64,000 nucleotides of DNA from Marsupella aquatica (lineage: Eukaryota; Plantae; Marchantiophyta). The stretch is from NCBI GenBank assembly GCA_973895155.1, contig OZ316892.1, positions 10,988,420 to 11,052,419 of the forward strand. The letters are read 5' to 3'. This document shows positions 50,759-63,461 of this stretch, one piece after another. The notes under the pieces were generated by a model. The model was not told the DNA's origin. It worked only from the letters and a program-made list of their open reading frames with translations, and did no database searches. Positions within the stretch are counted from its first letter, which is position 1; the number at the start of each line of letters is the position of its first letter. The translations under genes were made by a program, and so were the position numbers.

Positions 50759-53700
50759 CTACTTGTGATGCAATTGCAAAACCTGCAATACGTCACGGTG
50801 TCTAGAGAAACTCTCCAAAGGAATCACTTTGGTAAATGCGTCAGCCGGGTTGAGTTTACCATCAATCTTGACTAGCTCAAACAAATTATCAGACACAGCC
50901 TGCCTGATAAAATGGTACCTGACGTCAATGTGCTTCACTCTGCTGTCCATCACCTGGTTCACAGCAAGGTGGAGCGCACTTTGACTATCACAATGGAGCT
51001 TCACATTCCCCTGTGGCAATCCCATTTCAGTGATAAGTCTATCCAACCAAATCGCTTCCTTTGCTGCTTCCGCAGCTGCAACATACTCCGCTTCTGTAGT
51101 AGACTGAGCAATACACTTCTGCAAAATAGACCTCCAACTTATGCATCCACCGCCAAGTGTGAACACGTATCCTGTTGTTGATCTCCTTCGGTCCAATCTT
51201 GTCCATAGTCAGAATCTACATAGCCAATCAATGATCTAGCATTCTTTGCATTCGCATCAAATAAAAGACCATCATCCACGGTACCCTTCAAGTACCTGAT
51301 AATCCACTTCACTGCTTCTCCTTTGAAGCACTTGCCTCATGAAATGAAGAAGGTTCTCCTTCTTCCAAAATTAACGCATCACCCTCATCATCAGCTGTAA
51401 AATCATCCTCTTGCAGTTGAGATGAATCAACCCACTGTCCATACCTTGGTGGAGCGCGTACAGTGCGACCAGATGTTCTTCTAGCCGATGACTCCGGTTG
51501 ATCTGCGTGTGCTGGTACAATTTGAAGCTCAACAGCATCCACTTGCTGTTCACCAGCATCAACAAACTCCTCTGGTTCCTTTGGCACAGGAACCAGCTCC
51601 ATAATTGGAGCAACTCCTTCTCTCCGGTCATGCACCTCATAACCAATCTCCCCCTCAACGAGATCCGGGATAGGAGATTTTCCTTTGTCAGTACGGGAGA
51701 CCTGAGTATTCTCCCCCTCCTTCAATAATCTGGATTCATTGAAGGAAACATCCCTACTGACAACGAGCTTACAGGCAATAGGATCCCATAGCCTATAGGC
51801 TTTCACACCACTCTGGTACCCAAGAAAAACACATTTCCTGGAGGTAGGATCCAACTTGGTCCTATTCTGCTTTGGTGTGAGAGCATATGCATCACTTCCA
51901 AAAATTACCAAGCCATGATAGTCTGCTTGCCGCTTATAGCGCATCTCAAACGGCGTTTTGAAATTGATAGCACTAGAAGGAGAAAGATTTACCAAATAAG
52001 CTGCGGTATTGACAGCTTCTGCCCAAAATTCTTGTGGTAAACCTGATTGGCTCAACATACTCCGTGACCGCTCCAACAGTGTCCGATTGAGCCTCTCAGC
52101 GACACCATTCTGCTGCGGAGTATAAACTGTGGTGAGATGGCGAGTTATCCCCTGTTCTGAACAGTACTCTTCAAATTCCATTGAAGTGTACTCCCCGCCA
52201 TTGTCTGACCTCAGACTCTTCACCCTTGTATCCAAACACTTGATCGTGTTTCCAGTCTGATTCTCCACCTGGGCCTTCCACTTCTTAAAAATGGACAAGA
52301 CATCAGACTTATGCGTCATGAAATAAATCCACACAAATCTTGAGTAATCATCAATAAATGATACATAGTACAACTTTCCAGAGTGTGAGGGAGTCGGGGA
52401 TGGACCCCACACGTCACTATGTATGTACTCAAGAACCGCTTTGGAACGATGAGTTCCAATACCAAAAGCACGATGATGCTGCTTTCCAAGAATGCAATGC
52501 TCACAAAACTCTAATTTACAAGATTGCAAATCAGAAATGAGTCCATTCTTCCGTAAGATAGCCAAACCCTTCTCACTCATGTGGCCTAGCCGTGAATGCC
52601 ACAGTTGAGTCATCTCCTCGTGAGACTTGGTTACATTGGCCTCTCCACATACAGTATTGCCCTGTAACACATACAAATTCTTTTGTCTACTCCCCTTCAA
52701 AATATCTGTCTCTCCCGACCTGACTTGAAGTTCACCATCAATAACGCTCCATTGATGACCATTTGAATCCAACACACCGAGTGAAATCAGATTCTTACGC
52801 ATGCCAGGTACATACCTGACTCCGGACACTGTGCGCACAGCGCCATCAAACATTTGAATCTTCACAGACCCAATTCCCTCAATTTGACAGGAGTGATCAT
52901 TTCCCATCAGAACTGAACCGTTTGAAACAGAGTAAGAACTGAAAAACTCACGAATGTAACAAATATGAAAAGAGCAAGCACAATCAAGAATCCACACATC
53001 ATCTGCTCTCCTAGATGACGTGCACAGGGCATACCCCCGGCTTCATAAAACATACTCATCATTGAGTAAATCAGCTTCTCCATCAGTCCTAGCCACATTT
53101 GCCGATGAAGTTTCCGCTACCTTTCCCTTACAGTCTCGCTTGAAGTGTCCAACTTGGTTGCACTTCCAACATGTCACCTGCCTCCTCTGAGGGGATTTAC
53201 CCTTGGACTTAGATCTGGATTTAGATCTAAACTGGGTTCTACGGTCCCCAGTTGGTCGCTGCATACTCCTCCCACGGTTAACATTGAGGGCAGCACCAAA
53301 TGATGAAGGCTGTGACGTGATGTGCATCTTCTGCTGAAGATCATCACTAAGCAGAGAACTTACCACGTCATTGTATGAAATGTTATCCCTATCACGATGC
53401 AACAACACTCGTGATAGGGACTAGTAAGATGGAGGCAATGAACTAAGAAGCTGCAGAGCCTTCGTCTCATCATTCAAAGTCTCCCCAAGGTTTTCCAAGT
53501 CAACGACCATGTCGTTGAAAGCATCCACATGGTCTTGCAACTTCGTACCAGATTCCTTCATCCTGAAACTCATCAGTTTGTAGGAAGTGTAGAGCCGGTT
53601 TGACAACTCCTTGCGGTGATACTTGCTCTGCAATTCCGCAAACAAGGACATGCAATCCTTATGTGCACCTAACTGCTTGATGATGGGAGGCATGAGATAG

Positions 53701-54047
53701 AGTGTAACACACCACACTCCCTGCTCCTGCATGCGGTCCCATTGTTTCTCATCAACATCGTCTTCACGAGGGCTCAGCAGTTGGCCCATCCCTGACGCAT
53801 AAAGCACTCCCTTCACTTGCTTCTCCCATAGCAAGTAGTCAGAGCGCCCATCATACTTTGTCACTTCATACTTGGGTCCCCCAAGCTTGAAAGTCCCCAT
53901 CTTCTTCTTTACCGTGAGCTCCGGTAGTAGTACTGCTTCCTCCACCACACGCCGCACCGGTGATGGTATCGGTGTCACGTGCTCTTCCTCCTGCTCCTCT
54001 CTCTGCCCCTGAAACCTCCGCGGTGATCCTCGTGCTTCAAGTTCCAC
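50759..54047 (-). pseudogene. Copia gag-protease-integrase-(RT deleted)-RNase H polyprotein, disrupted
   Basis: Gag with CWKCNQVGHFKRDC, protease WILDCACSFH, integrase WHSRLGH/CEHC/IHSDVWG/LRSDNGGEY/QQNGVAER, and RNase H STTEAEYVA/CDSQSA/KHIDVRYHF/NPADAFTK. In-frame stops at 53421-53423 and 53043-53045, a fusion near 51315, and a 1-bp deletion near 51196. Confidence 0.95.
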
Positions 54048-54471
54048 GTCTTGTCAACAACGAATGTTGATCAATTGCACTTGGTGCCGTCACCAAGTCC
54101 AACAAGGTAATTGATTTTGCTTAGCCTTCCTCTTTGCATCAAAGAGCCAATCCCGGACTCAAAAACAATCGTCTTGCCTCAATCTCTCCGTTGAGTCAAA
54201 ACACTTGACGCTTCTCCCTCCGAGTCGATTGCCAACTTTCTTCACAAAATCCAGAACGACGAAAACTTAGATCTCTCTGCACCACGAGCTCCGTTCAACG
54301 ATTTCTTCACACCGTTAGAAAGCTCTTGCCCTGATCTATCCGTTGAGCCCATAAACTCCAAGTTCCATGCGATGGAACTCTGGAAAATCCACCAACACTC
54401 AACGCTGGAAAAACCGTCATGAAATCCCGTCACGAACACACGTCACCTCCCAAGCATGCTCTGATACCAAT

Positions 54472-54838
54472 TGTTGAGCATAGACGACGATCGCAACGGC
54501 AAGCCCATGAACCATCCAACGCACAATAGTCGACACAAGAGATACGTGGTTCACCTCCTTGAGGCTACGTCCACGGGAACACACAAGAGAACTTTACTGA
54601 ACTCTAAGCCCGTCGGCTATACCGAGTCTCCACAGTGTAAGCTCTCCCTATCTCTCAAGTGGCTCCATAACAATGAGCCTTGGTTCTACCTCTCCAAACA
54701 CACATGCCTCTTATGATATAGTGTGCAACTTAGTTGTACCTAACCACATAGTTGTACCTAACCACATAGTTGTACCTAATCACGTTGTTGTACCAACCAC
54801 GTCATACCTAACCTAGACGTAAGAGTAAATACCCAACA
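54472..54838 (-). repeat. Copia 5' LTR
   Basis: Followed on the - strand by the Met-tRNA PBS. Confidence 0.97.
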
Positions 54839-57252
54839 TTGCAAGGACTTGGGGGGAAATCTTAGTTGAGTTTTTTTTACAATGTTATATAATCCCTATA
54901 AGTAACCAGCAAGGGCTCTACAAAAATATTTGAAGTTTGGGTGGATATTATGCAAAACTAGATCAATACCAATCAACCAAAACTTCCCAAATATTGTCAA
55001 ATAATCCAATCATCCAAAACTTCATATAGTTTTGTAGAGCCCTTTAATGGTTGATTATAGGGATTATATAACATTATAAATGGGTGATTGATATTGAGGT
55101 AGTTGTGCATAATATCCAATCATCATGTAGTGGGAGGAGTGTCTAGGTGGATCTGATGGCACCAAAAAAGTTTATTTTTTGATGAAGTGCTACGATTTAC
55201 TCACACTCTTTCCTCATTTTATAAAGGAGAAAAGTTAAAGAAAAAGGGGGATTTAGGGGGGGGGGGGGAACTTGTACTGTAGTGTTTGATGATGATGATT
55301 TGGTGGAGAATAGATGTGGAGGCGTGGAATGGGGGGAAAGTTAATTGTACACTCATTCACTTTGGCATGGTATGGTGAAGAAAAATTGGAGAGAAATATA
55401 CATGCATCTATTTGGCATGACATGAATGCATGGACATTATCTAATGCAATCTCACATTAGTTCTGATTTTTGTCCCACATGTGTTCCCACATGCAAAGCA
55501 TCTAGATGCTCCAATCATAAACATCCAATGGCTGAGAATTGAAGTGACACTTTTGTCTCACCTAACTGTTCACACAAGTGCTCACACATGATAAGAATCT
55601 AGATGGTCCACTTACATAGATCCGATGGTTAAGAATTTATGAGATGAAGTGGATTTTTCCCTGAATTTTCAGAATTACAAGAGTCTCTAACTAGACCCGT
55701 AATTAGAATAGCTTGATGTTCATAAATTTCAAATAATATAATTAGAATAGCTTGATGTTCATAAATTTCAAATAATTTTTAGTGTTGAGTTTACTAGTCC
55801 CTACTATCCTTTCTTTGAATATGTGAGTAGAGGAGATGACAAGAAAATGTAACAAACATGTTCTTTATTCCCATTCTTTAAATATTAATGAAATGATTAA
55901 AAAAAACCAATCATTCATGTCATGAACAAAATATCATTATGTCTATGCACATCTTCTTTGGTGGGGCCCTTGTGTCACGGTCAAGAGTCTTCACCCTAAA
56001 CCCCAAACCTTGATTCAAACTTCCCTTTTGCACTTTCCAAGTAAGATGCTAGTAGAGTAGGTACACTTCCATCAAAGTGACACTGAATTTATGGCCATTT
56101 TGGTTGAATTATTCATCATGGAATGGAGGGGTAAACTCTACTAGATTAAATTTCATTGTGTTGATATGAAATATTAGAGATTGTGTAGTTGTATGTCTCT
56201 TCCTTGTCTTGTTGCCTTGCAGGTGAAAAACTAAGAATTATTTTACGACTCAGAATCATCAAATTATAAGCCCAAAATTCCCATGGACCACCAAAATGAC
56301 GTCCCTGTGACCAACATGGAGGTTCATCAGGCTTCACAAGAGAAGATGCTACAAACATCCATTATTTATGTTTTGTAAATTATTTCCTGACCATTAGATC
56401 TCCCTAGACTCAACTGTAGCTGTTGGATCAATGGCTATGTTTTCTTGACCTTTAAATCATCCAAAATCCACCGCCCTCATCATTTTCAGCCTCACCTACC
56501 TTACTGCCTGGCAGCCCACGCCTTGCTCGCCCACCTTGCCTCCTCCCAACTGCCTTGATTGCCTGTGCTTTTGCCCGACTGTTTGTTTTCTTCTTCTTCT
56601 TTCCTGGCACCTTCTTCTAGTTCTTTTAGAGGAACCGCACATGGCCAAACTCCCCACCCCACCGCACCCCCACCCCACAACAAAGGGTAACCCATATTTT
56701 CCCTTTTTTAGAGAGAGGAAGGGGGGTGGGAGGGGGTTGTTTTCTTGGAGGGGTTTAGTTCAATTGATTGTAATGGCCTTCAATTGTTTCCATACTAAAA
56801 ATATAGGGTGGTAGGATTGATTATTGTCTATTCACCTTGGCCCTTCCCACCTTGCATTTATTTGGAGAATTACGTCCTTGAAACACCACTTTTCCTCTCT
56901 AGGTTAGTTGTTTAATGATGCTGTTCAAGCAACTATTAATCTTCCTGTAACCACAACGCATCCTCTCAGTTGGCAGCCCTTCCACTTTGAAAACATTTTC
57001 ACTTGACAACACTTCCTCTAAACAAGCCAAGGCGGAGGGCACAACAATTACATGGGCACCATGACATTTGGGCAACAACACTTTCTCTAAACAAGCCAGG
57101 GCAGAGGGCACAATGATCACATGGGCACAATGACATTTGGGCAACACACTTAGGGTGACCTACATCTATCTTTGTAGTCCCCTTGTGCATAATGAATGCT
57201 TTCCATCCTGTGGACATTGACAAAATGTCCTCATGTCTTTTTTATAGCATCA

Positions 57253-58420
57253 CTAGCTCAATACTCGTGCGTTGCACAAAAGTTGTCGTGTCGGCCAAGA
57301 TGTCGTTGAGAAAAAAGATGTCATGTTGGCCAAGATGTCGTTGAGAAAAAAGATGATGTGTCGGCCAAGAAGTCATTGAGAATAAAGATGTTGTGTCGAC
57401 CAAGAAGTCATTGTGACAAAGGATGTTGAGTTGGCCAAGAAGTTGGTGAGAAAAATGATGTCGTCTCGCCCAAGATGTTGTGTCACCCAAGATGTCATAG
57501 GGAAAAAGATGTCATGTCGCCTAAGATGTTGTGTTAAGAGAAAAGAAGTCGTGCTGCCTAAGATGTCATTAATAAAAAAGATGTTGTGGTGCCCAAGATG
57601 TCATTAAGAGAAAAGACATTGCATCGCCCAAGATGTCATAGAGAAAAAGATGTAGTGTCACCTAAGATGTTGTGTTAAGAGAAAAGAAGTTGTGTCGCCC
57701 AAGATGTCGTTAATAAAAAAGATATTATGGCGCCCAAGATGTCATAGAGATAAAAGATGTCATGGCGCCCAAGATCTCATTAAGGTAAAAGATGTTGTGT
57801 TGCCCAAGATGTAGTTACGTGAAATATGTTGTCACTCCCCCCTCCGGCCGGTCCCCGTCGTCGCCTCGTTGCTCCCTCGTTGCCCCTTATCGCCGCAGGG
57901 AGTCGGGAGTTGGCGTGGGAGGCAGGGCTTTGAGGCAGGCCTCAAGGCAGGGAGTTGCATTGGGTGTCGAAGGGTGGCACAGAGTCAAGGCAGGGAGTCG
58001 CAAGTCGGGAGTCAAAGCAGGGAGTCGGGTGTCGAGGAGGCAAGTTGGTCCAGGCGGGGGTGGGCGAGTAGGGCGCAAGCGTCGGTCGATGGGGGCTGAT
58101 GGCCGCGTCTTGGCGAGTTGGGATGTTGGAGTAGGGGCGCCCGAGGGAGGGATGCAGAGGGCCAGGCACCAAAAGCAGGGGCATCATTGGGGTGCGGGGG
58201 GTTCAGTGTTTTGTTGCTCCAAGTTGGGCTGAGGAGGGAGAAAGCGGCGGCAACTTTGGGAGAATGGGAGTGCAAGGGAGAGAGCGCCGTGCAGCCCTGC
58301 CGCTTATTTTTTGTGTCTAATTGCTTCCGTTTTTCCCGGTGCTGACTTTTGTCACCCAAAAAACCCCGGTAATTTCAAACAACGACCACGGCAAAAATGC
58401 GCGCAACTGTTTATTATAGA
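57253..58420 (-). mobile_element. Non-autonomous Helitron with a ~32-bp minisatellite (57280-57830) and a GC-rich segment
   Basis: Minus-strand 3' end GTGCAACGCAC-gagtattgag-CTAG|T. About 17 units of aagatgttgtgtcgcccaagatgtcat. Tentative 5' end TCTATAATAA at 58420. Confidence 0.65.
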
Positions 58421-60820
58421 AGTTAATATTTTTGGCAAAAGTGGTGGGAAAAGTGGTGAGCACATTTTGGGGAGTGTAATTTGGCAAAAGTTTGCACCTA
58501 AGAAAATAAGTTGTTTGGATTCAGGCGAGGGCGAGTGTCTCGAGAGTCATTGATTGTAGTTTCCTCATCACTCTCCCTCATTGTCTCATTGCTCTGCCTC
58601 TAGTGGCCATTCAGTAGTTTTTGTTGTTTAAAAGCCCTCATTAAATGCCAGGAGCCCCTTATGAGCTCACATAGGCTTGGAATAGAAAGCTCCAAACTCC
58701 AAAGAGAAAGAAGCTACTCTCCTCCCTCTCTCTTAAAAGTTATACTATGCTGGTACAACTATACCTCTATTCTTTGTACCTTGTACCTGGGGCTCCCAAG
58801 GGTAATGAGTTCATATGTTTGTACCTACCTTGTGCACCAGATACCGGGCCTGTATCTGCTTTCTTCACTTCCCTCTCCCCCCCTTTTTTTTCCTTCCTTT
58901 TATTGGTTCCATATTTACAGGTTTCAATTTTTCTCACCCAAAAGGACAGTCCAAATTTGTATGACGAACACTCCATTTTTGGCGCAACTGTGTATTATAG
59001 TTTAGGATAGTACACATGATGACTTTATTGACATTGTGATGATTGACTAATATTCTTCAGCTAGTTTCTGTGCACTGAATTTGCAGACCTGATAACATGG
59101 GTGCATGCAATGACAATATGGGTACAATGATAGTATGGCCAAAATATCCTCATGGCCACAATGACCACATGACCACAATAATAACAAGGCCACAATGACA
59201 CATACGATGACTCACTTGCATTTCTTGCTTTGCCTCACTAGTTGCTTTGCCTCACTAGTTTTTCCAGGTGTCAACAAACCTGTGCGTTTATTTAAACACC
59301 TTTTGGATCTCAGTTTCTGCTCAAAATTTCAACCCCGTTCTCTGATGTCCAGTTTATGACCTGACAAAGTTTCAATGTTTTCCAAAACCATTTGGTCCAT
59401 TGCCAATGAGTGCAAAGATGATCAAATATTATAAACCAGCAGGCCATTTGGTCCATTGCAATGAGTGCAAAGATATCAAATATTATAAACTAGCCGCCAA
59501 TGGACACCAAGCCCAAGCCTCTCGGTCCATCCAGGCTTTACTTTCAGTAGGTACCCTTTTCGCTTTATCCATTATGCCAGAAATCTAAAACAGATAAACT
59601 GAAAGTTGGTGGCATCTCTTGCAACATGGCTTTTCAGGATGGCCTGCTGCATCGTAGCAGCAAATACTTCATTATGGAGCAAGGCTGAGTGATTCATCCT
59701 ACCAGCTAGTATCAGTGCCAGACTGTAGTTCTTGCTGTTTGACTATGGACATTCTCATTGCAACGTCAGTCACCTGACACAGATAATAACTAGAGAACTA
59801 CTGCAATTCTTAGTCTTTGGCAATTCTCTTCAAGATTATCCATACTGTTTTCAATCACACAGGAGGGTAAGAGAATGCAGTGATGGAGCATTCCAGTGGA
59901 TGCACACAAATGCAGCAAGGGTTTTTAGTTGAATGGGGTAGGAACGGAATATTGGGGATTCACTTTACAGTGATTAAAACCTATCCCCAAAATGATCTTA
60001 TCTGAAACACCTACCAAAAAAACAAACAATTTTCGAAGGAATCAAAAGCAGCTCGATAGTGATCAAGGCCCAGATAGTGCCTCTTCGCTTAGGAACCCTA
60101 TCCAAGATGCACCTCGGTAGGGGTGCCAGGCAGGGAATCAACTGGAACCCTTAACTCCGCAGCAGACAAACGCCCTTCAGATCGATCAATGTACGTGATG
60201 CTTTCTTGACAATTACAAGAAGTTGGCTTAAAGTTTGGAATTGGTGTCAATGTAAATATTATATCTCAAGGTCAGTTGATTGAGATATAATCAACGTTCC
60301 TAAACTAGAACCCACTTGATGTAAGGTAAACACTAACAACTAAAGCTGATTTGGTTGGAGCTGTCACAGGACGTGATGTGTATTAACACAATCGGAGCCT
60401 TCTCACTCTGGGCATGCGAAGGCGATTTGTATAGTGTGGGGGATTTTGTTTATGCTCCAGGGTTTAACCCAAAACGAGCTGTCCTCTTCAAACGATGCCG
60501 TAACATTGAGTTGTCACTTCGACAACCCAATTGTCCTAACTTTAACTTTCTCCCCAACTCATTGATAGAAAAACCGACAAAGGTGAACCTGCACAATTTG
60601 CTAATCAGGCTGGGGCGCTTGCAGAGCATCCAACCAGCCAATGAATCGCTACTGCTTGTTATCCAATTTCTGAATTCTCGAGGACATTCATAATCTTAAC
60701 AACGTTCCCAACTTCACAACTTGCTCTGCAACTCCTTGAAATGAATCAGGTTTCATTTCGGAATAGGTTGTAGCAGACCAGACAGTTAAAAGGAGGACAG
60801 AGTCATCAGACCTTGATGGT

Positions 60821-63461
60821 CTAGAACTGAGACTTGTCCAAGTCATCAAAATATGGGTGATGCAGGGCTGCTTTAGCTGAGATCCGCTTGGCCGGTTCAT
60901 ACTGAAGCATTTTCTGCAAATCATGAAAACTTTACTTTAGTTAAGTTTAATGTTTCTTGCACATGAGTGATGCATGCAATCCTGAATACGCTTGCACTCA
61001 TTCGCATGGATAAAATACTTCACAATGGGGATCACACACGCAAGGAAAGTACATAAAGTCACAACTCACCCGAAGTAGATCCAAACCCTTGGGATTCATG
61101 TCAGGGATTGATCGGGCCAAATTTTGTGGCTGCCACTGCGGGTAATCATGCCAGTCTCTAAGCTTCTGAACTCCTGGCCAGATCTCTTCGTTGGGAGTGC
61201 CAAGTAACCTGACCATAACCAACAGTTTCCTCAGCTTCCAGAACTAACATCGAGCCGCATCTAATAGGGGTTTCACCGACTAATGAACTCTGAACTCTTA
61301 TATACTATGAAAGAGATCGACAGTTGGCATTCTTGGGCAACTTGTATGACGCTACATACCGTCGTGGCTCACAACTTTCTTTGAACATATGAAGTCTTTG
61401 CAGTACCTGATGTAACTCTCTACCTCCAAAAATATCTCAGAGTTCATCCAAAGACTGTATATGGTTGTCCCTTTACCTGAAAATATGGAGCAACTGCTGA
61501 AGTTCTGAGTCTCCAGGAAACAATGGTTGTTTGCGGGATAACTCCGCTGCAAAACCGGAAATTGGGTGACGTAAGTTCCTGTCGCAAGGAAAAAGTCCCT
61601 TCCCCTCCAACGAACAGTGAGCGAAGGTCTACAACAAGACTAGAAGACATCGGCAATCACTGCAAAGATTGTCTCTCGAAATGTGACGTCAAGGAGAGGA
61701 ACTTACCAAAGATGCAAGCCACGGACCAAATATCAACAGGTGTAGAGTAGTGGCTGGCCCCTAGAAGTACTTCAGGAGCTCGGTACCATAATGTTACAAT
61801 CTGCAAGAAGCACTACAATTGATGAGTCCTAAAGCAAAGAATCGATAAACTAGAAATATCAAGTGATCTCTCGCATTTAACAGGTGGTGCATAACTTCAG
61901 AAGCACACAACGACATTTGACAACAGACCTCATGGGTGTAGCTTTTCAAGGGTACTGTAAAGGCACGACCAAGACCCAAGTCAGCAATCTTCAGGAGACC
62001 CTTCTCCTTATCAACCAGTAGATTTTGAGGCTTCAAGTCTCTGCCCATCACATCGCATATAGAAGATTAAGAGCTCGGGACATTGATAAAGCCACTTGGA
62101 CAAAAAATGGATCACTGCAAGGCAACAACAGTCATCCCCTTCCTCACCTGTGCATTACTCCGTGGCTGTGGCAATGGGCAACACCCTTGCATAACTGGTA
62201 CATGAAACTCTGCAAAACCCACCAGTAACGCATGGCCAATCAGTCTGGAGCACCTACTGACTAGAGCTTCGTTGATTTGACGTTTATCACAATTCCGACG
62301 AATGGAAGGGGTTATGGCAATAGTTCCACCTGAACAACTTTAGGAGGTATCGGCTTCCCAGTGGACCCACGACCATGCTGATCAATGAACTTTTTGAGAT
62401 CCGTGTCTAAGTATTCGAAGACGAGGTAGAGCAAAGGTTTCCCCTTTTTGTCAACGTGCTCAACACTCAGCAACCTGGGAAAACGCAATTGGAAACGAAG
62501 CGTTACCAGCAGAACAGCCGACAGTGTACAACCTTCATGTGGACTCCAGCGTGTCGGTTTCATTTCCTTTCCGTTGGGCGGCACCGGACTACATGACAAG
62601 CATGAACATTTTCCCTTTCCAAGAATCCAGCTAGACCAACTGAAGACTGCTCGTGAGCTCACCATCGGACTTGGAGATGGGAATACAAACAGAATTGGTT
62701 TTTAACATAGAGCGTGCTGATCTTAGTAAAATGAATTCCCCTTCCGACAAGCGAAAGACCCACACCCACGACTACAAAAATGTATGTTATTAATCGGCGT
62801 CAGAAGAGTCGAACAAAGAGCAGTGTGGATCTCTGCAATGTGTTTGCTTGAGAGAATTGCCAAGTCTACAAGAAAGGACTCATCTTCTCCGATGGTCATA
62901 TGAACCCTGCAAACATAATTGTGCGCCTTGGTGTGCTGAAACGGCAATTGGTCAGAGAGTGTACCCAAAGATTGTTGCGGGAGGCTTTGATCACCCTCAT
63001 TATTGTGAACAAGGTAGTTATACAGAGATAGGTCCCAGGGGAGCCTTTTGGGCAGCTGTGAAGATGCAATGACCGGCTGGTCATGGATCGTCAAAACTTA
63101 CAAGAAATGATGTGCCTTGTTCAAACGCAGATCTTGAAGCGAGAACCCGGGCTGGTACTTACTGGCATTCCCCTCCACATTGTTGGAGACTAGCGAACTT
63201 CTTTATATAGGACCATAGGCAGGCAATAAGGAACAGGGTGGTCAACAGGATGGTCAGTACTAACCTTACAACATATATACTCTGGGACAGCATCTGTAGG
63301 AGGGAGACCTCTCGGAGGGCAGTTGAGGGCACGCCTTCCTCCTCCATTTCCAACCGAGTCTTCTTCAGAGCAACCAGGCGACCGGTCTCCTTGTGTCTGG
63401 CTTTGTAAACCTTCCCATAGGTACCTTCCCCGACTTTCTCCAATTTCTCATAGTGATCCAT
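60821..63461 (-). CDS. CDKB: B-type cyclin-dependent kinase (PSTALRE), 8 exons, 303 aa
   Basis: Exons 63461-63265, 62474-62330, 62209-62148, 62040-61929, 61800-61707, 61546-61477, 61208-61070 and 60913-60821 (912 nt, GT-AG). Motifs [47 protein letters not shown] and WYRAPE. Confidence 0.97.

Larger units (their letters stand above)
50201..54838 (-). mobile_element. Ty1/Copia LTR retrotransposon, 4638 bp, RT-deleted
   Basis: 367-bp LTRs 50201-50567 and 54472-54838 (TG..CA, no difference found by eye). TSD TTGCA (50196-50200, 54839-54843). tRNA-iMet PBS TGGTATCAGAGC (54469-54458). PPT at 50580-50568. Confidence 0.98.
48690..55699. mobile_element. Unclassified non-coding element, copy B, head-to-tail with copy A (hosts the Copia)
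   Basis: Same termini as copy A. TAA at 48687-48689 separates the copies and TAA at 55700-55702 follows. Confidence 0.7.

Noticed and set aside
57792-58359. Several overlapping 60-150-aa ORFs
   Set aside because: GC-rich low-complexity Helitron interior, open in many frames.
55700-59500. Small tandem duplications (55701-55777, ~57005-57148, ~59388-59495)
   Set aside because: Ordinary two-copy slippage or repair duplications with no further structure.
63310-63335. PSTALRE instead of PPTALRE/PSTAIRE
   Set aside because: A known CDKB variant in algae and non-seed plants; useful for taxonomy, not novel.
1-63461. HEI10 and CDKB as a meiotic/cell-cycle gene cluster
   Set aside because: They are 60 kb apart with unrelated genes between, and there is no evidence of co-regulation.
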